A DNA stretch of 64,000 nucleotides from a virus (lineage: Duplodnaviria > Caudoviricetes), in the IMG/VR virus record IMGVR_UViG_2700988978_000001, positions 614-64,613 of that record; one strand, written 5' to 3'. The position numbers and the translations under genes were made by a program. The stretch's first letter is position 1, and each line of letters starts with the position of its first letter. Of the stretch, positions 9,762 through 19,800 are shown in pieces. The notes under the pieces were generated by a model, which saw nothing but the letters and a program-made list of their open reading frames with translations, did not search any database and was not told where the DNA came from.

Positions 9762-10610
9762 ATGACTTCACCCGGTTTGGCGGAACAGGTTTTCGATCCG
9801 CCGCTGGTAAACCCGGCGCCCAACGGGCTCTACACCGCCACCACCTGGGAGCCGACCGACGGCCCGCCACGCTGGCTGGCAGCCGGCATGCAGTTCAACG
9901 TGCACAACTACGGCGGCGCTGAGGCGTTCGGCGTGTGGGGCGCGTCGTGGTGCGTTTCGGCTGACGAACTCACCGAGGACGATTTCAAGACCGGTGAGCG
10001 GCCGGAGCTTCCGAACCCATACGACCCGATCGTCGTGTGGGCGTTCGACTACTGCGACCTCACCGCGCGCAGCCGTGAAGAGGTGCGTACCCGCGCGAGG
10101 CAGAACCTGCGCATCGTTGAACAGGCCGCTGTGGAGCGGGAGTTCGCCGAGCGGATGCTGCTCGACGGGGGCGCTGCGGACACCGCGGTCAACCTCGTGG
10201 ATGCTGTCAGCCAGCTCGAAGCTGTGCTGGCGGAAACGAACACGCTCGGCTTCATCCACGCGTCGCCCAGGCTCGCTGCGTACGCGGCGGCCGCCAACTT
10301 GGTCGTGCGGTCGGGCACGGCGCTGAAAACCCCGTTGGGCCATACCTGGGTGTTCGGTGGCGGCTACGTGGAGGGGCTCGGCACCACGCTGGTCGCGACC
10401 TCGCCGACGTTCGGTTGGCGCACCGAGCCCATCGTGCATGAGGCGATGAAGATCGAATGGAACCGCTTCGTGGCGGTCGCAGAGCGCAGCGTGCTCATCG
10501 GGTACGAGGCGCTGCTGGGAGCGGTGTCGATCACTGAATCGACCGGTGCTGGTGGCTTCCCAGGTGAGACGAACTTTCCTGGTAGCAGCAATTTCCCGAG
10601 TGGAGGGTGA
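9762..10610 (+). CDS. Capsid pentamer-like protein
   Basis: Follows the major capsid; EQAAVEREF, IHASP, TPLGHTWVFGGGY, AERSV motifs as in cluster-B-like phages. Confidence 0.75.
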   Translation: MTSPGLAEQVFDPPLVNPAPNGLYTATTWEPTDGPPRWLAAGMQFNVHNYGGAEAFGVWGASWCVSADELTEDDFKTGERPELPNPYDPIVVWAFDYCDLTARSREEVRTRARQNLRIVEQAAVEREFAERMLLDGGAADTAVNLVDAVSQLEAVLAETNTLGFIHASPRLAAYAAAANLVVRSGTALKTPLGHTWVFGGGYVEGLGTTLVATSPTFGWRTEPIVHEAMKIEWNRFVAVAERSVLIGYEALLGAVSITESTGAGGFPGETNFPGSSNFPSGG

Positions 10611-10978
10611 GCATGCCTGAAGGCGTGAACGTGGTGGTCGAAGATGGTTTCGCCACCGTCGAATTCGTAGACAAGAAGCTGGGCGGGCCTGCACTGGCGA
10701 AGGTGTTCGCGCAGGGCACCCCGCCGGAGCTGGTGGAGAAGCGGACCCGGCCCCGGGTGACGTACACCATGCCGGAGGGCAACGCCCGCGCTGCCGGACT
10801 GCTCGACGAAGCGACTGAGGAGCCCGCTGACGGCACGTGGCCAGATGGTGAGCCGAACGACGACTGGAAGCGTCCCGAGCTCGACTCCTACGCCGCCGCT
10901 CTGGGGCTCGATACCCGCGGGCTCCCGAACAAGGACGCGGTGTTGAAGGCCATCCACGACAAGGAAGCTGAGCAGTGA
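10607..10978 (+). CDS. Hypothetical protein with C-terminal HeH-like motif
   Basis: WKRPELDSYAAALGL...NKDAVLKAI. Confidence 0.7.
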   Translation: MSMPEGVNVVVEDGFATVEFVDKKLGGPALAKVFAQGTPPELVEKRTRPRVTYTMPEGNARAAGLLDEATEEPADGTWPDGEPNDDWKRPELDSYAAALGLDTRGLPNKDAVLKAIHDKEAEQ

Positions 10979-11370
10979 CCCACATCGGAACTGCCGTCCC
11001 CACCCCGGTGCTCAAGCTGCCGGGGTGGCTCGGACGGATCGCAGCGAAGGTCAATCCCGCCAATCGTGAGGGCTGGTACCGGGCAGTGTCCGGCATCGTC
11101 CTGGCGCTGTGGGGTGCGGGTGTTCTGAAGCAAGAGGAAGCGCTCACATGGACGCAGCTCGGCATCTCGACGGTCACGCTCTTGTTCGCCGCCCTGTACG
11201 CCACCTCAAGCTGGCGCCTGGCCCTGTACGGGATGATCGTGCCGGTGTCAGCGGTGCTGACGTGGTACGGAATCGCCACGGGCGTCGACTGGGCATTGGT
11301 TTCCAGCGCCGTCGCTCAGATCCTTGGTATCACGACTGCCGCAGCCAAAACGGTCCAGTCGAGCCCATGA
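10975..11370 (+). CDS. Holin-like membrane protein
   Basis: About 4 hydrophobic segments; REGWYR motif. Confidence 0.7.
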   Translation: MTHIGTAVPTPVLKLPGWLGRIAAKVNPANREGWYRAVSGIVLALWGAGVLKQEEALTWTQLGISTVTLLFAALYATSSWRLALYGMIVPVSAVLTWYGIATGVDWALVSSAVAQILGITTAAAKTVQSSP

Positions 11371-11849
11371 CCGATGACGAGCTGAGGATCCTCGCCGACC
11401 GGCTCGCCGACGAGTACACCCGACTGCTCGACCACACACGCGCGGTGACAACCCTTCTCGGGCTGCTGCCCATGCTCTACGGCGTTCTCACCTGGATTTT
11501 CAGTGACGCTCTCTGGGGTTCATCGCCGGTCTACCGCACCGCGCTGATGGTGCCGTTCGCTCCCGAGTCATGGGGCACGGTGTTCGTCACCCTCGGCCTG
11601 CTGACCATCGTCCTGGCGCACACAAACCGTCACCGCGGTCTCACGGTTGTATCCCTGCTCACCGCACTGGTTCTCGGCATGTTCATGGTGGCCTTCGCAT
11701 GGGAGGGCTACGCCAGTCAGACGCTGTCGGCGCTACCGCCGGCCGTCGTCTATGGCATCTTCGCTCTGCTGTTCATGAACAGAGCCCGATTGGCCTGGAC
11801 CTCGTGGCGTGCTGACCGTGGGTGTGCGCTGCGAGGTGTGGGCTCATGA
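11367..11849 (+). CDS. Membrane protein (4 TM)
   Basis: Hydrophobic segments; ATGA coupling. Confidence 0.75.
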   Translation: MTDDELRILADRLADEYTRLLDHTRAVTTLLGLLPMLYGVLTWIFSDALWGSSPVYRTALMVPFAPESWGTVFVTLGLLTIVLAHTNRHRGLTVVSLLTALVLGMFMVAFAWEGYASQTLSALPPAVVYGIFALLFMNRARLAWTSWRADRGCALRGVGS

Positions 11850-12298
11850 CGCTGCTACGCCTGCTCCTGAGCCATACCCGCATCGTCCAGTCCGGTTCCC
11901 CGCCGCTGTACCGGATGTTGTTGGTGGGCAACGTCATCTCAGCGATCCTGATGATCGTTGACGGCCAGATCCCCGAGTCGGTCGCCAACAACGCGCCCGG
12001 GTGGTTCGACGCGGCGTTCATCGGCGGGCAACTGTTCGCCGGCATCCTGGCGTTGACCGCTCTCTACATGGAAGACGGCAGCACTCGGCACGCCACACGA
12101 CTCCACCGCAGCCTCAGCCTCGAATGGGCGGGGCTGATGTTCATGCAGACCATCAACGGCGTCTACTTCGTGGCGGTCACCTTCAACAACTCTGGGCCAC
12201 CGACCTCCGGCGCCACCTGGTACGTGATCATGTTCTGGCTGTGGGTCTGGGTGCGGATGCGTGACATCCGCCGCGCGCTCAAGGAGCTGGAAGGATGA
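11846..12298 (+). CDS. Membrane protein (4 TM)
   Basis: Hydrophobic segments; ATGA coupling. Confidence 0.75.
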   Translation: MTLLRLLLSHTRIVQSGSPPLYRMLLVGNVISAILMIVDGQIPESVANNAPGWFDAAFIGGQLFAGILALTALYMEDGSTRHATRLHRSLSLEWAGLMFMQTINGVYFVAVTFNNSGPPTSGATWYVIMFWLWVWVRMRDIRRALKELEG

Positions 12299-12627
12299 CA
12301 GCCGAGCTGGTGCTGGTTCTCCTCGGGAGCGCCGGCTTTCTCTCCGGTGTCGCTGGTCTTCTCGCGTTCCTCAACACCCGCAAGTCGACGCGGTCGAAGG
12401 GCAGCGCGGAGGCGTATCAGGCGTATGAGCAGTTCGTGAATCGTGCGCTCGGCGCGGCCGACGGTGAGCATTCGAAGCTGCTGGCCAGTCGTGACCGGCT
12501 GTATTTGGTGCGGGCCACGCTGATCGATCTGGTGCAGGACCTGCTCCGGTTCGCCCGCAAGTTGGGCGCCGATCCCGATGAGCTGGAGACGTTCCAGGAC
12601 CGGCTCGATGAGGTGCGTCGGTTGTGA
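12295..12627 (+). CDS. Membrane protein, N-terminal TM plus coiled coil
   Basis: Single TM then amphipathic helix. Confidence 0.7.
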   Translation: MTAELVLVLLGSAGFLSGVAGLLAFLNTRKSTRSKGSAEAYQAYEQFVNRALGAADGEHSKLLASRDRLYLVRATLIDLVQDLLRFARKLGADPDELETFQDRLDEVRRL

Positions 12628-12629
12628 TG

Positions 12630-12648
12630 CACCCTGCCGTCTTAGTGT
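12630..12648 (+). promoter_or_regulatory. Late-promoter motif copy (CACCC-N8-TAGTGT), leadered tail-tube mRNA
   Basis: Same geometry; AGGAGG RBS before ATG 12715. Confidence 0.7.
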
Positions 12649-12714
12649 CCGAACCGCCTCGGGAGAACTGAACCGACCGGCGCGCAGCGCCTTTAGCAGG
12701 AGGACGGCCAGCAC

Positions 12715-13518
12715 ATGGCTTTTGCAGTGGTCAAAGGCGAGATGCTTCGCGTGACCAAGGTGGACTCGTGCGGTAAGCCCCTGCAGGGGCCCGCCAACCG
12801 CCTGGTTACCGACGGATACATCCGATTCAACATCGATCCCGAGATGAAGGCGCGGGAGGACATCGAACAGACCAACGCCGCGGGCAAGGTCTGCGTGAGC
12901 GCCAACACCCCGGCCGAGCGCAAGTGGTGGAACATCGAAGCCCAGCTCTGCGGTGTCGATCCCGACCTGTTCGCGCTGATCGCTTCGTGGTCCCGCGTGT
13001 TGGACTCCGACAACAAGCCGATCGGTGTGAAAGACCGCAAGGCCGTCGAGACCAAGACCGGTGTCATGTTCGAGGTGTGGACCGGCGGCGACGATGACGA
13101 CGGCTGCGAGATCCCCGAGGACGACTCGATTTTCTCGACCACCGTGGGCGGTCCTCAGAACGGCTACCTTGCCATCGGTGGCAAGGAATTCACGCTGTCG
13201 AGTGGTGTGACGGTCGAGGCTGGGGCTTCGACGTTCACGCTGACCGGGCGCAGCTTCGCGCCGAAGCATTGGGGCCGTGGCCCGTACAACGTCGCTTCCA
13301 TCGACGCCAACGGCACACCCGGGCGTCTGCTGGTGCCGCTGTACGACCCGGTCGAAGAGAACCACCTGGCGCTGTTCACCACGCCGGTGCCTCCGCCGGA
13401 GCCGACCAACGGTGCTGTTCCGCTGGCAATCCAGTCGATCTTCACCGGACCCGACAACGCGTACTTCGGTGCGAACGCTACCGACGTTGCCCCCGACCAG
13501 CCGGCGCAAACCCCTTAG
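12715..13518 (+). CDS. Major tail (tube) protein
   Basis: LRVTKVDSCG, LCGVDPDL, WGRGPYNV motifs; strong RBS. Confidence 0.88.
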   Translation: MAFAVVKGEMLRVTKVDSCGKPLQGPANRLVTDGYIRFNIDPEMKAREDIEQTNAAGKVCVSANTPAERKWWNIEAQLCGVDPDLFALIASWSRVLDSDNKPIGVKDRKAVETKTGVMFEVWTGGDDDDGCEIPEDDSIFSTTVGGPQNGYLAIGGKEFTLSSGVTVEAGASTFTLTGRSFAPKHWGRGPYNVASIDANGTPGRLLVPLYDPVEENHLALFTTPVPPPEPTNGAVPLAIQSIFTGPDNAYFGANATDVAPDQPAQTP

Positions 13519-13578
13519 ACGCCGTTCCCGGCCCGGACCTCTATCCGGGTTCGGCGCTCTACCCAGGAGGTAACTGAC

Positions 13579-13974
13579 ATGCCATACACGAAGCAGACGT
13601 GGGCCGACGGGCAGGCGGGCAACACCCCGATCACCGCGGCGCGCCTGAACCACATCGAGGACGGTGTGGCTGCGGCCACCACGGCGGCTGAGGCTGCCGA
13701 CACGGTGACCGCTGCGAACATCACCGACTCAACTGCGGTGGGCCGCAACGTGTTGACCGCGACGGATCAGGCGGCAGCTCGCACGGCCATCGGCGCGGGT
13801 ACGTCCAGCCTGGCGATCGGCACGACGGCCAGCACCGCGGCGGCCGGGAACCACTCGCACACCGCTACCCAGGTCACCGCGACACCTGTCGGTGGTGGAT
13901 CTGCCACGACTGTGCAGGGCATCCTTGCCGAGCTCGCGGCGCGGATCGCCACACTGGAGGCGGCTACCCCATAG
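13579..13974 (+). CDS. Fibre/decoration-like virion protein
   Basis: YTKQTW...TPITAARLNHIEDGV N-terminus; Ala/Thr-rich; AGNHSH motif. Confidence 0.7.
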   Translation: MPYTKQTWADGQAGNTPITAARLNHIEDGVAAATTAAEAADTVTAANITDSTAVGRNVLTATDQAAARTAIGAGTSSLAIGTTASTAAAGNHSHTATQVTATPVGGGSATTVQGILAELAARIATLEAATP

Positions 13975-13993
13975 GGCGCTGCCAGATCGACGA

Positions 13994-14037
13994 ACGAACC
14001 GCTCCGGGTGGACTGGCCCCGGGGCGGTTCGTCATTT
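13994..14037 (+). terminator. Intrinsic terminator
   Basis: ACGAACCGCTCCGGG / CCCGGGGCGGTTCGT stem followed by CATTT. Confidence 0.7.
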
Positions 14038-14042
14038 GTGAG

Positions 14043-14061
14043 CACCCCGGATTCGTACCGT
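14043..14061 (+). promoter_or_regulatory. Late-promoter motif copy (CACCC-N8-TACCGT), leaderless
   Basis: In-frame GTG 14069 lies 7 nt downstream. Confidence 0.7.
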
Positions 14062-14068
14062 GTGCGGT

Positions 14069-14818
14069 GTGAGCTGCGAGTGGCCCGTAGACCGGTCTTG
14101 TCTGCCCGCGTTGCCGCCCGTGGGCGACGACCCGGACAACCCGGCGCCGGAGTACGTCGAGGCGGTCGCGCGGCGCAACGACGCGGAGAACCTCGCCATC
14201 CACGTGCTGTGGGCGTTGTCCGGCCGACAGTTCGGGGTGTGCGAGACGTCCGCTCGTCCGTGCCCCGCCCTATTCGGCAGCTACGGCGATTGGCCGGCGT
14301 ACGTGCTGGCGCGTGAGGACGTCGGCTATTGGGCGAACTGGCCGTGCGGGTGCGTTGGCTCGTGCACAGTGTCGGGACCGCGGGTGGTGCACCTTCCCGG
14401 CCCGGTGCACGAGATCGTGGCGGTCACCATCGAGGGCGAGACGCTCGACATGTCGGACTACCAGCTGGAGGGGGATGCGCTGTACCGCAAGGGCGGTCAG
14501 TGGCCGCGCCAGGAACTCAACCGCCCACTCGGTGAGGTCAACACCTGGTCGGTCACATACCTGCGCGGCACCCCCGTTCCGCCTGGTGTTGACCGGCTGA
14601 CCGGCGTGCTGGCGCGCGAGTTCATCGCGGCGTGCGACGACGACGAGGAATCGTGCCGGCTGCCACGCACCCTCGTCGCGACGACCAGGCGCGGTGTCTC
14701 CCACCAGTTCGATCCGGCGAAGATCCTCGCCGCGGGCATGACCGGCCTGACCGAGGTCGACCAGTGGTTGGCGTCGGTGAATCCGCACAAGCTGCAACAG
14801 AACCCGCAGGTGCTGTGA
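14069..14818 (+). CDS. Head-to-tail adaptor
   Basis: LWALSGRQFGVC...RPC, CRLP, TGLTEVDQW motifs; synteny. Confidence 0.8.
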   Translation: MSCEWPVDRSCLPALPPVGDDPDNPAPEYVEAVARRNDAENLAIHVLWALSGRQFGVCETSARPCPALFGSYGDWPAYVLAREDVGYWANWPCGCVGSCTVSGPRVVHLPGPVHEIVAVTIEGETLDMSDYQLEGDALYRKGGQWPRQELNRPLGEVNTWSVTYLRGTPVPPGVDRLTGVLAREFIAACDDDEESCRLPRTLVATTRRGVSHQFDPAKILAAGMTGLTEVDQWLASVNPHKLQQNPQVL

Positions 14819-15363
14819 TGCTGCCGCATGATCCTGCGTCCGACGTCGTCAACGCGTTCGTCGTCGCGATGAAACAGGCATTCAACCCGGACGACAAGGT
14901 GCAGCCCCCGCTCGGCGGCGGATCGACAGATGTGCGGTTCTTCGCCAGCGATGGCGCGTTGCCAACGTCGGTGTGGGACCCGGAGAGCGGTGGGCTCACG
15001 ATGGGCTGCAAGGCGCCGCTGCTGTGGGTGCGTGTCGACCGGCGTTACCGCGCTCGCAGCCACGAAGTCCACTCCGCGTACGTCGGAGATAAGTCATGCA
15101 AGGACGCCGACGTGGTGCGCGCCCTGGCCGTCGAGATCGGTGTGGCCCGCTGTGCGGACATGTCGGCGAAGCCGAAATGGTCGGAGCTGGAACGTGAAGC
15201 TGAGATCAGCCTCGATGACTCGTGGCGGATCGAGATCGCGCTGTGCCGGGCGTCGGCCGCGCTGACGAAGGCCGGGCATGCAGTCGCCACCGATACCATC
15301 GCGCCACTTGGCCCGGAGGGTGGGCTGATCGCGTGGACCGGCATGGCCTACGCCTCGTTCTGA
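14818..15363 (+). CDS. Neck/tail-terminator-like protein
   Basis: EIGVARC and PLGPEGG motifs; synteny. Confidence 0.7.
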   Translation: MLPHDPASDVVNAFVVAMKQAFNPDDKVQPPLGGGSTDVRFFASDGALPTSVWDPESGGLTMGCKAPLLWVRVDRRYRARSHEVHSAYVGDKSCKDADVVRALAVEIGVARCADMSAKPKWSELEREAEISLDDSWRIEIALCRASAALTKAGHAVATDTIAPLGPEGGLIAWTGMAYASF

Positions 15364-15376
15364 AAGCAGGTGTGTT

Positions 15377-15625
15377 GTGGGACATCAGGTGACGATCGAG
15401 GGCACGTCGATGCCGAGCGATCGGCTGTCGCGTGGCCAGCGCGCCACGGTCGAGGTGACCGACGGGATCCGCCAGCTGGTGAAGATCGGCGCGGTGGTCG
15501 TGGTGGCTGGCGACCTGGACGCCCCGGCGCCCGAGCCGGAGCCCGAGCCCGAGCCGCAGCCGACCGTCGACGACCCCGAGCCTGTGAAGCGCACACGGAA
15601 GCCGCGCACCAGTGGCGACGGTTAG
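15377..15625 (+). CDS. Hypothetical protein with PE repeat
   Basis: Coupled ORF within the neck cluster. Confidence 0.6.
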   Translation: MGHQVTIEGTSMPSDRLSRGQRATVEVTDGIRQLVKIGAVVVVAGDLDAPAPEPEPEPEPQPTVDDPEPVKRTRKPRTSGDG

Positions 15626-16016
15626 AGCCCACGTCACGCTCAACGAGCGTGAGCTGAACGACCAGACTCGCAGGTTTGAGCGGCGCCGTATGGCGTCGCT
15701 GCTGCGGCGTAGTGCCAACCAGGCCCGCGCCGATGTGCCGGTGCGGACGGGAAACCTGGGGCGCACGATCGGGGAGGGGCCCATCATGTTCACCGGCCCG
15801 CGCACGGTGCACGGCAGCATCCACGCGAAGGCCGACTATGCGCTGTACGTGCACGAGGGCACCCGGCCCCATGTGATCCGGCCGCGGCGCGCGCAGGCGT
15901 TGCGGTTCCAGGTGGGTGGCCGAACGGTTTTCGCGCGGCTGGTCCGGCACCCCGGGACCCGGGCGCGACCGTTCCTGCGTAACGCCGCAATGCGGGTCGC
16001 ACAGCGCGAACGCTGA
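15612..16016 (+). CDS. HK97 gp10-like neck/tail completion protein
   Basis: PVRTGNL...YALYVHEGT...HPGTRARPFL. Confidence 0.8.
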   Translation: MATVRAHVTLNERELNDQTRRFERRRMASLLRRSANQARADVPVRTGNLGRTIGEGPIMFTGPRTVHGSIHAKADYALYVHEGTRPHVIRPRRAQALRFQVGGRTVFARLVRHPGTRARPFLRNAAMRVAQRER

Positions 16017-16023
16017 CGCAATA

Positions 16024-16064
16024 ACGTACTGACGTACTGACGTACTGACGTACTGACGTACTGA
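16024..16064. repeat. Perfect tandem repeat (ACGTACTG)x5
   Basis: Directly visible; intergenic. Confidence 0.95.
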
Positions 16065-16156
16065 GTGGGGTTGTAACGCTGTCTGCGGACTCATAAGTCC
16101 GAGCGAGGCGTGAACCCCTGAAACTTCGCTCTCGCGACGCTAGCCAGCAGCGTCTG

Positions 16157-16175
16157 CACGGTGGGATTGCACGCT
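16157..16175 (+). promoter_or_regulatory. Late-promoter motif variant (CACGG-N8-CACGCT), leaderless
   Basis: ATG 16183 lies 7 nt downstream; no RBS. Confidence 0.55.
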
Positions 16176-16182
16176 ACCCACC

Positions 16183-16776
16183 ATGACCATCTATGCCTCG
16201 GATGGAGAGGTCATCGAGACCGCTCCGCAGCCTGCCCCCGAAACCGCGTCTGTCGCCGCGTCGGCACCCGAATCTGAGCCCGTCGACGTCGAAACCGAAG
16301 AGGTCGAGACCACCCCGGAGCCGGAAACACTGCCCGCCGTCCGCAACGACGACGAAGACAGCCAGGACGAGATCCACGACGCCGAAGTCGTTCCCGCCGA
16401 CGACACCGACAGCGACGAGCCCGAGAAGTGGGTGCACCAGGGCCCGTGGGCGCACGACTGGCTCGAATACAAGGGCGACAAGATCGCGTTCCGTGTGCCG
16501 CACCAGAACGCGCTCACCGCGCTGTACCAGGCCGGGCAGGCGTGCAGCCCCGAGTTCCAGATGGAGCTGACCAACAAGTTCGTGAAACGGCACCTGTCGC
16601 AGGAGAGCATCGAGCGGGTGCTCGAGCGCATGTCCGACCCCGACGACAAGGAGTACGCCGGCGCGGAATGTGTGTGGAATGACCTGCTGCGCACCATCGT
16701 CGAGATCGGCGGGAAACGCGCGCTCAAGGATGCTGAAGCGTTGGCCGCGGTGCAGAACGGCAAAGCCCGGTCGTAG
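16183..16776 (+). CDS. Tail assembly chaperone (G-like)
   Basis: Immediately upstream of tape measure; acidic N-terminus. Confidence 0.7.
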   Translation: MTIYASDGEVIETAPQPAPETASVAASAPESEPVDVETEEVETTPEPETLPAVRNDDEDSQDEIHDAEVVPADDTDSDEPEKWVHQGPWAHDWLEYKGDKIAFRVPHQNALTALYQAGQACSPEFQMELTNKFVKRHLSQESIERVLERMSDPDDKEYAGAECVWNDLLRTIVEIGGKRALKDAEALAAVQNGKARS

Positions 16777-16795
16777 CACCCTGTCTCGCTAGCTT
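16777..16795 (+). promoter_or_regulatory. Late-promoter motif copy (CACCC-N8-TAGCTT), leaderless
   Basis: GTG 16802 lies 6 nt downstream. Confidence 0.7.
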
Positions 16796-16801
16796 GGCCC
16801 G

Positions 16802-19800
16802 GTGACCACGCCCGTCGGCTCGATCAAGTTTGACCTGTCGATTGACGGGTCGGGGTTGCCTACTGAGCTGCTCCGGGAGATTCAGGGTGCGATCGCGCCG
16901 GTGCTGGCGGACCTGCAGCGCCGCCTCGACGCCGTGGAGCGTGACTATCAGCACCTGACTCGGGAGGCCGAGAAGTCCGCGGCGAAACAGGCAGCGGCCG
17001 CCAAGGTCGCTGCTGAGGCAGTCGAAGACATCGGCGACGAGCACACCAAGACCGCTGCCAAGGCGCAGACGTCGGCGACGGTGTCGACACGCTCGATCAA
17101 CGCGGTGACCCGCGCGGTGGAGCGTCAGGTGCGGGCGTGGGAGAAGTTGGCGGCGGCGCAGGCGGCTGCGGCTGCCGCACCGCAGCCCGGACCGCCTCCG
17201 CCTCCTACCCGCGGCGGTGGCTCCGGCGGTGGTGGAGGTGGCGGTAGCCGCGGCGGCAATGTGCGATGGCACGGCGGCAGGGGTGGTTTCATCGGCAGCC
17301 CGGTCGGTTTGAACACGCTCGCGTTCGGTGCCGCGGCGATTCCTCCGGCGATCAGCGCAGCGACCACAGCCGTGGTGAACCTGGTCGGCGCGATCCAACA
17401 GCTCACCCAGGCCGGTCTGGCTCTGCCGGGTGTGTTCGCCGGCGCGGCAACGTCGATCGGCACGGCGGTGATCGGGTTCCAAGGCATGGCCGACGCGGTC
17501 GAAGCGCTCAACGAGGCCGCGGCGTCCGGTGATCCCAAGGACCTGGAGAAGGCCGCCGAGGCGCTCAAGGACATGGCACCTGCGGCGGTCGAAACGGCGA
17601 AAGCTGTGTCGGCGTTTGTGACTGGCCCGTGGAAGGACCTCCAGAGGGCCACGGCGCAAACCATGTTCGACGGGGTCGCCAAGGACTTCGAGACCGTCAC
17701 CGGCCGCCTGATCCCGACGTTGCAGCGCGGCACGCAGGAGGTCGGGTCGGCGTGGAACAAGACGTTCAAGGAACTCGGCCGTGTCGTCGGGCTCGATTCC
17801 ACGCAGTCGTTCCTCGACAGGATTTTCGGGAACACCGCGGAGGCGCAGACCCGCGCCAACGCCGCCATCGAGCCGCTGATTCACGGGATCGGCACGCTCA
17901 CCTCGGAGTCGAGCGATTTCCTGCCGCGCCTGGCTGACGCGCTGACGAAGGTGACCACGCGGTTCGACAACTGGATCTCCAACGCCGCGGCGAACGGTGA
18001 CCTCGATAAGTGGATCAACGAGGGCTTCGACGCGGCGTCGAATCTGGGTGAGAGCCTGCTCAACGTCCTGAAGATCATCAACGACATCACCACCGCTGCC
18101 GGTGGTGACGGTGGGTTCCTGAAGTGGTTGCGCGACGCCACCACGCAGCTGCACGAGTTCCTGGCCAGCGACGAGGGCCAGGAGAAACTCACGAATTTCT
18201 TCACCGAGGGGCGCGAGCAGGCCGCGAAGTGGCTGCCGATCCTGCAAGACCTCGGACGCTTGGCGCTCGACGTGTTCAACGGGTTCCGCCAGTGGGGCGA
18301 GACGATTCTGCCGATCGTGCAGACCATCGCCGGTGTGCTGGCCAGCATGCCGGACAGCGTGACCGCGGTGGTGACGGCGTTCCTGGCGTGGAGGACCATC
18401 AGCGGAGTCGCGGCGCTGCTCGGTTCGATCAGCGGTATCGGCAGGGGCATCGACGCGTTGCCGGGCAAGGCGAACACTGCTGCCGGCGGAATCTCGCGGG
18501 CGCTGAACAGGATCGCGATCCCGGCGTTCCTCACGCCGCTGCTGACCGGCGTCACAGGCCCGATGATCGGCGGGGACAACGGAAACGGGTCGAACCTTGC
18601 GGGGACCGGCCTGAACATCGCGGGCGGTGCTGCGATCGGCGCATCGGTCGCCGGTCTGCCCGGTGGAATCGTCGGTGCCATCGCAGGTTTGGGCACATCG
18701 ATCTATCAGCGCATCAAGGCCGACATCGACCAGGGACGCGCCGAATGGGAGGCCAAGTGGCAGGCCGACCACAACGCCGGCCCAACCCGCCCGGGCTCGC
18801 CGGAGCAGCAGCTCACCCAGATGCCGGAGCTGCGCGGTGTTCGGCAGCCGAGCCTGTTCAACCCGGACGGGTCGCTCAAGGCTGCGCCGGACCAGCAGTT
18901 CGCCGACGTCATCGGCTCCGGCAAGATCCCCGGCGCGGTGATCAACCCGGACGGCACGGTCACCTACAACGGCGTGACCATCCCCAATTTCAAGGTTCCC
19001 CAGCCCGGCACGCCGACACAGCAGCCGTACCCGCTGCGGACGGCGCCCGTGCAGGGACCGGTGGCGGTGCCGCCTCCGCAGGTTGCGCTCACCGGCGGCG
19101 AGCAGAAGCCGATCGTCGCACCGACCGACCTCGGTGGGCTGCTCGGCGTACCCGATGTGAAGCAGGGCGTGCAGCAGATCGCCTCGGAGATCAAGGAACT
19201 GCCGCAGGGCGAGATCAAAATCAAGGACCCGTCACCGGAGGTAGTGAAGAACCTCGAGGGTATCGACGCCACCATCACCAAGGTCTCGGAGAACGAGCTG
19301 GAGGTGAAGGCCAACACCGATAAGGCGCAGGCCCAGATCGACGCGTTGGTGCTGAAGTACAAGCAGCAGACCATCACCCTGGCGATCCAGGCGCAGACGA
19401 CGCCGCCGCCTGTGCCGCCGGTGCAGCCTCGTGCAGCTGGTGGACCGATCTTCGGCGGCGTCCCCGGCCGCGACAGTGTGCCAGCCATGCTCATGCCTGG
19501 CGAGCACGTTCTCACCGTTGCCGATGTGGCGGCGATGGGTGGGCACGCGAACGTGTACGCGTTCCGGCGCGCTCTGCATTTCGCCGACGGCGGCGAGGTG
19601 CCGCATCTCGGCACTGGCCTGCCACCCGGCCCCGGCGACGACAACAGCGTGCTCGGCGTACTCCGGCAGATCCGTGACCTGCTCGCCGGCCGGGGCGGCG
19701 TCGGTAGCAACCCGCTGGCGGAGACCGCGGCGAACACCGCGAACCTCAGCAGCGCGGTCAGTGGTGGTTCCGGTGAGCAGATGGGTCCGTTTGGCACGCC

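Noticed and set aside
16024-16064. CRISPR array
   Set aside because: 8-bp tandem repeat with no spacers and no cas genes.
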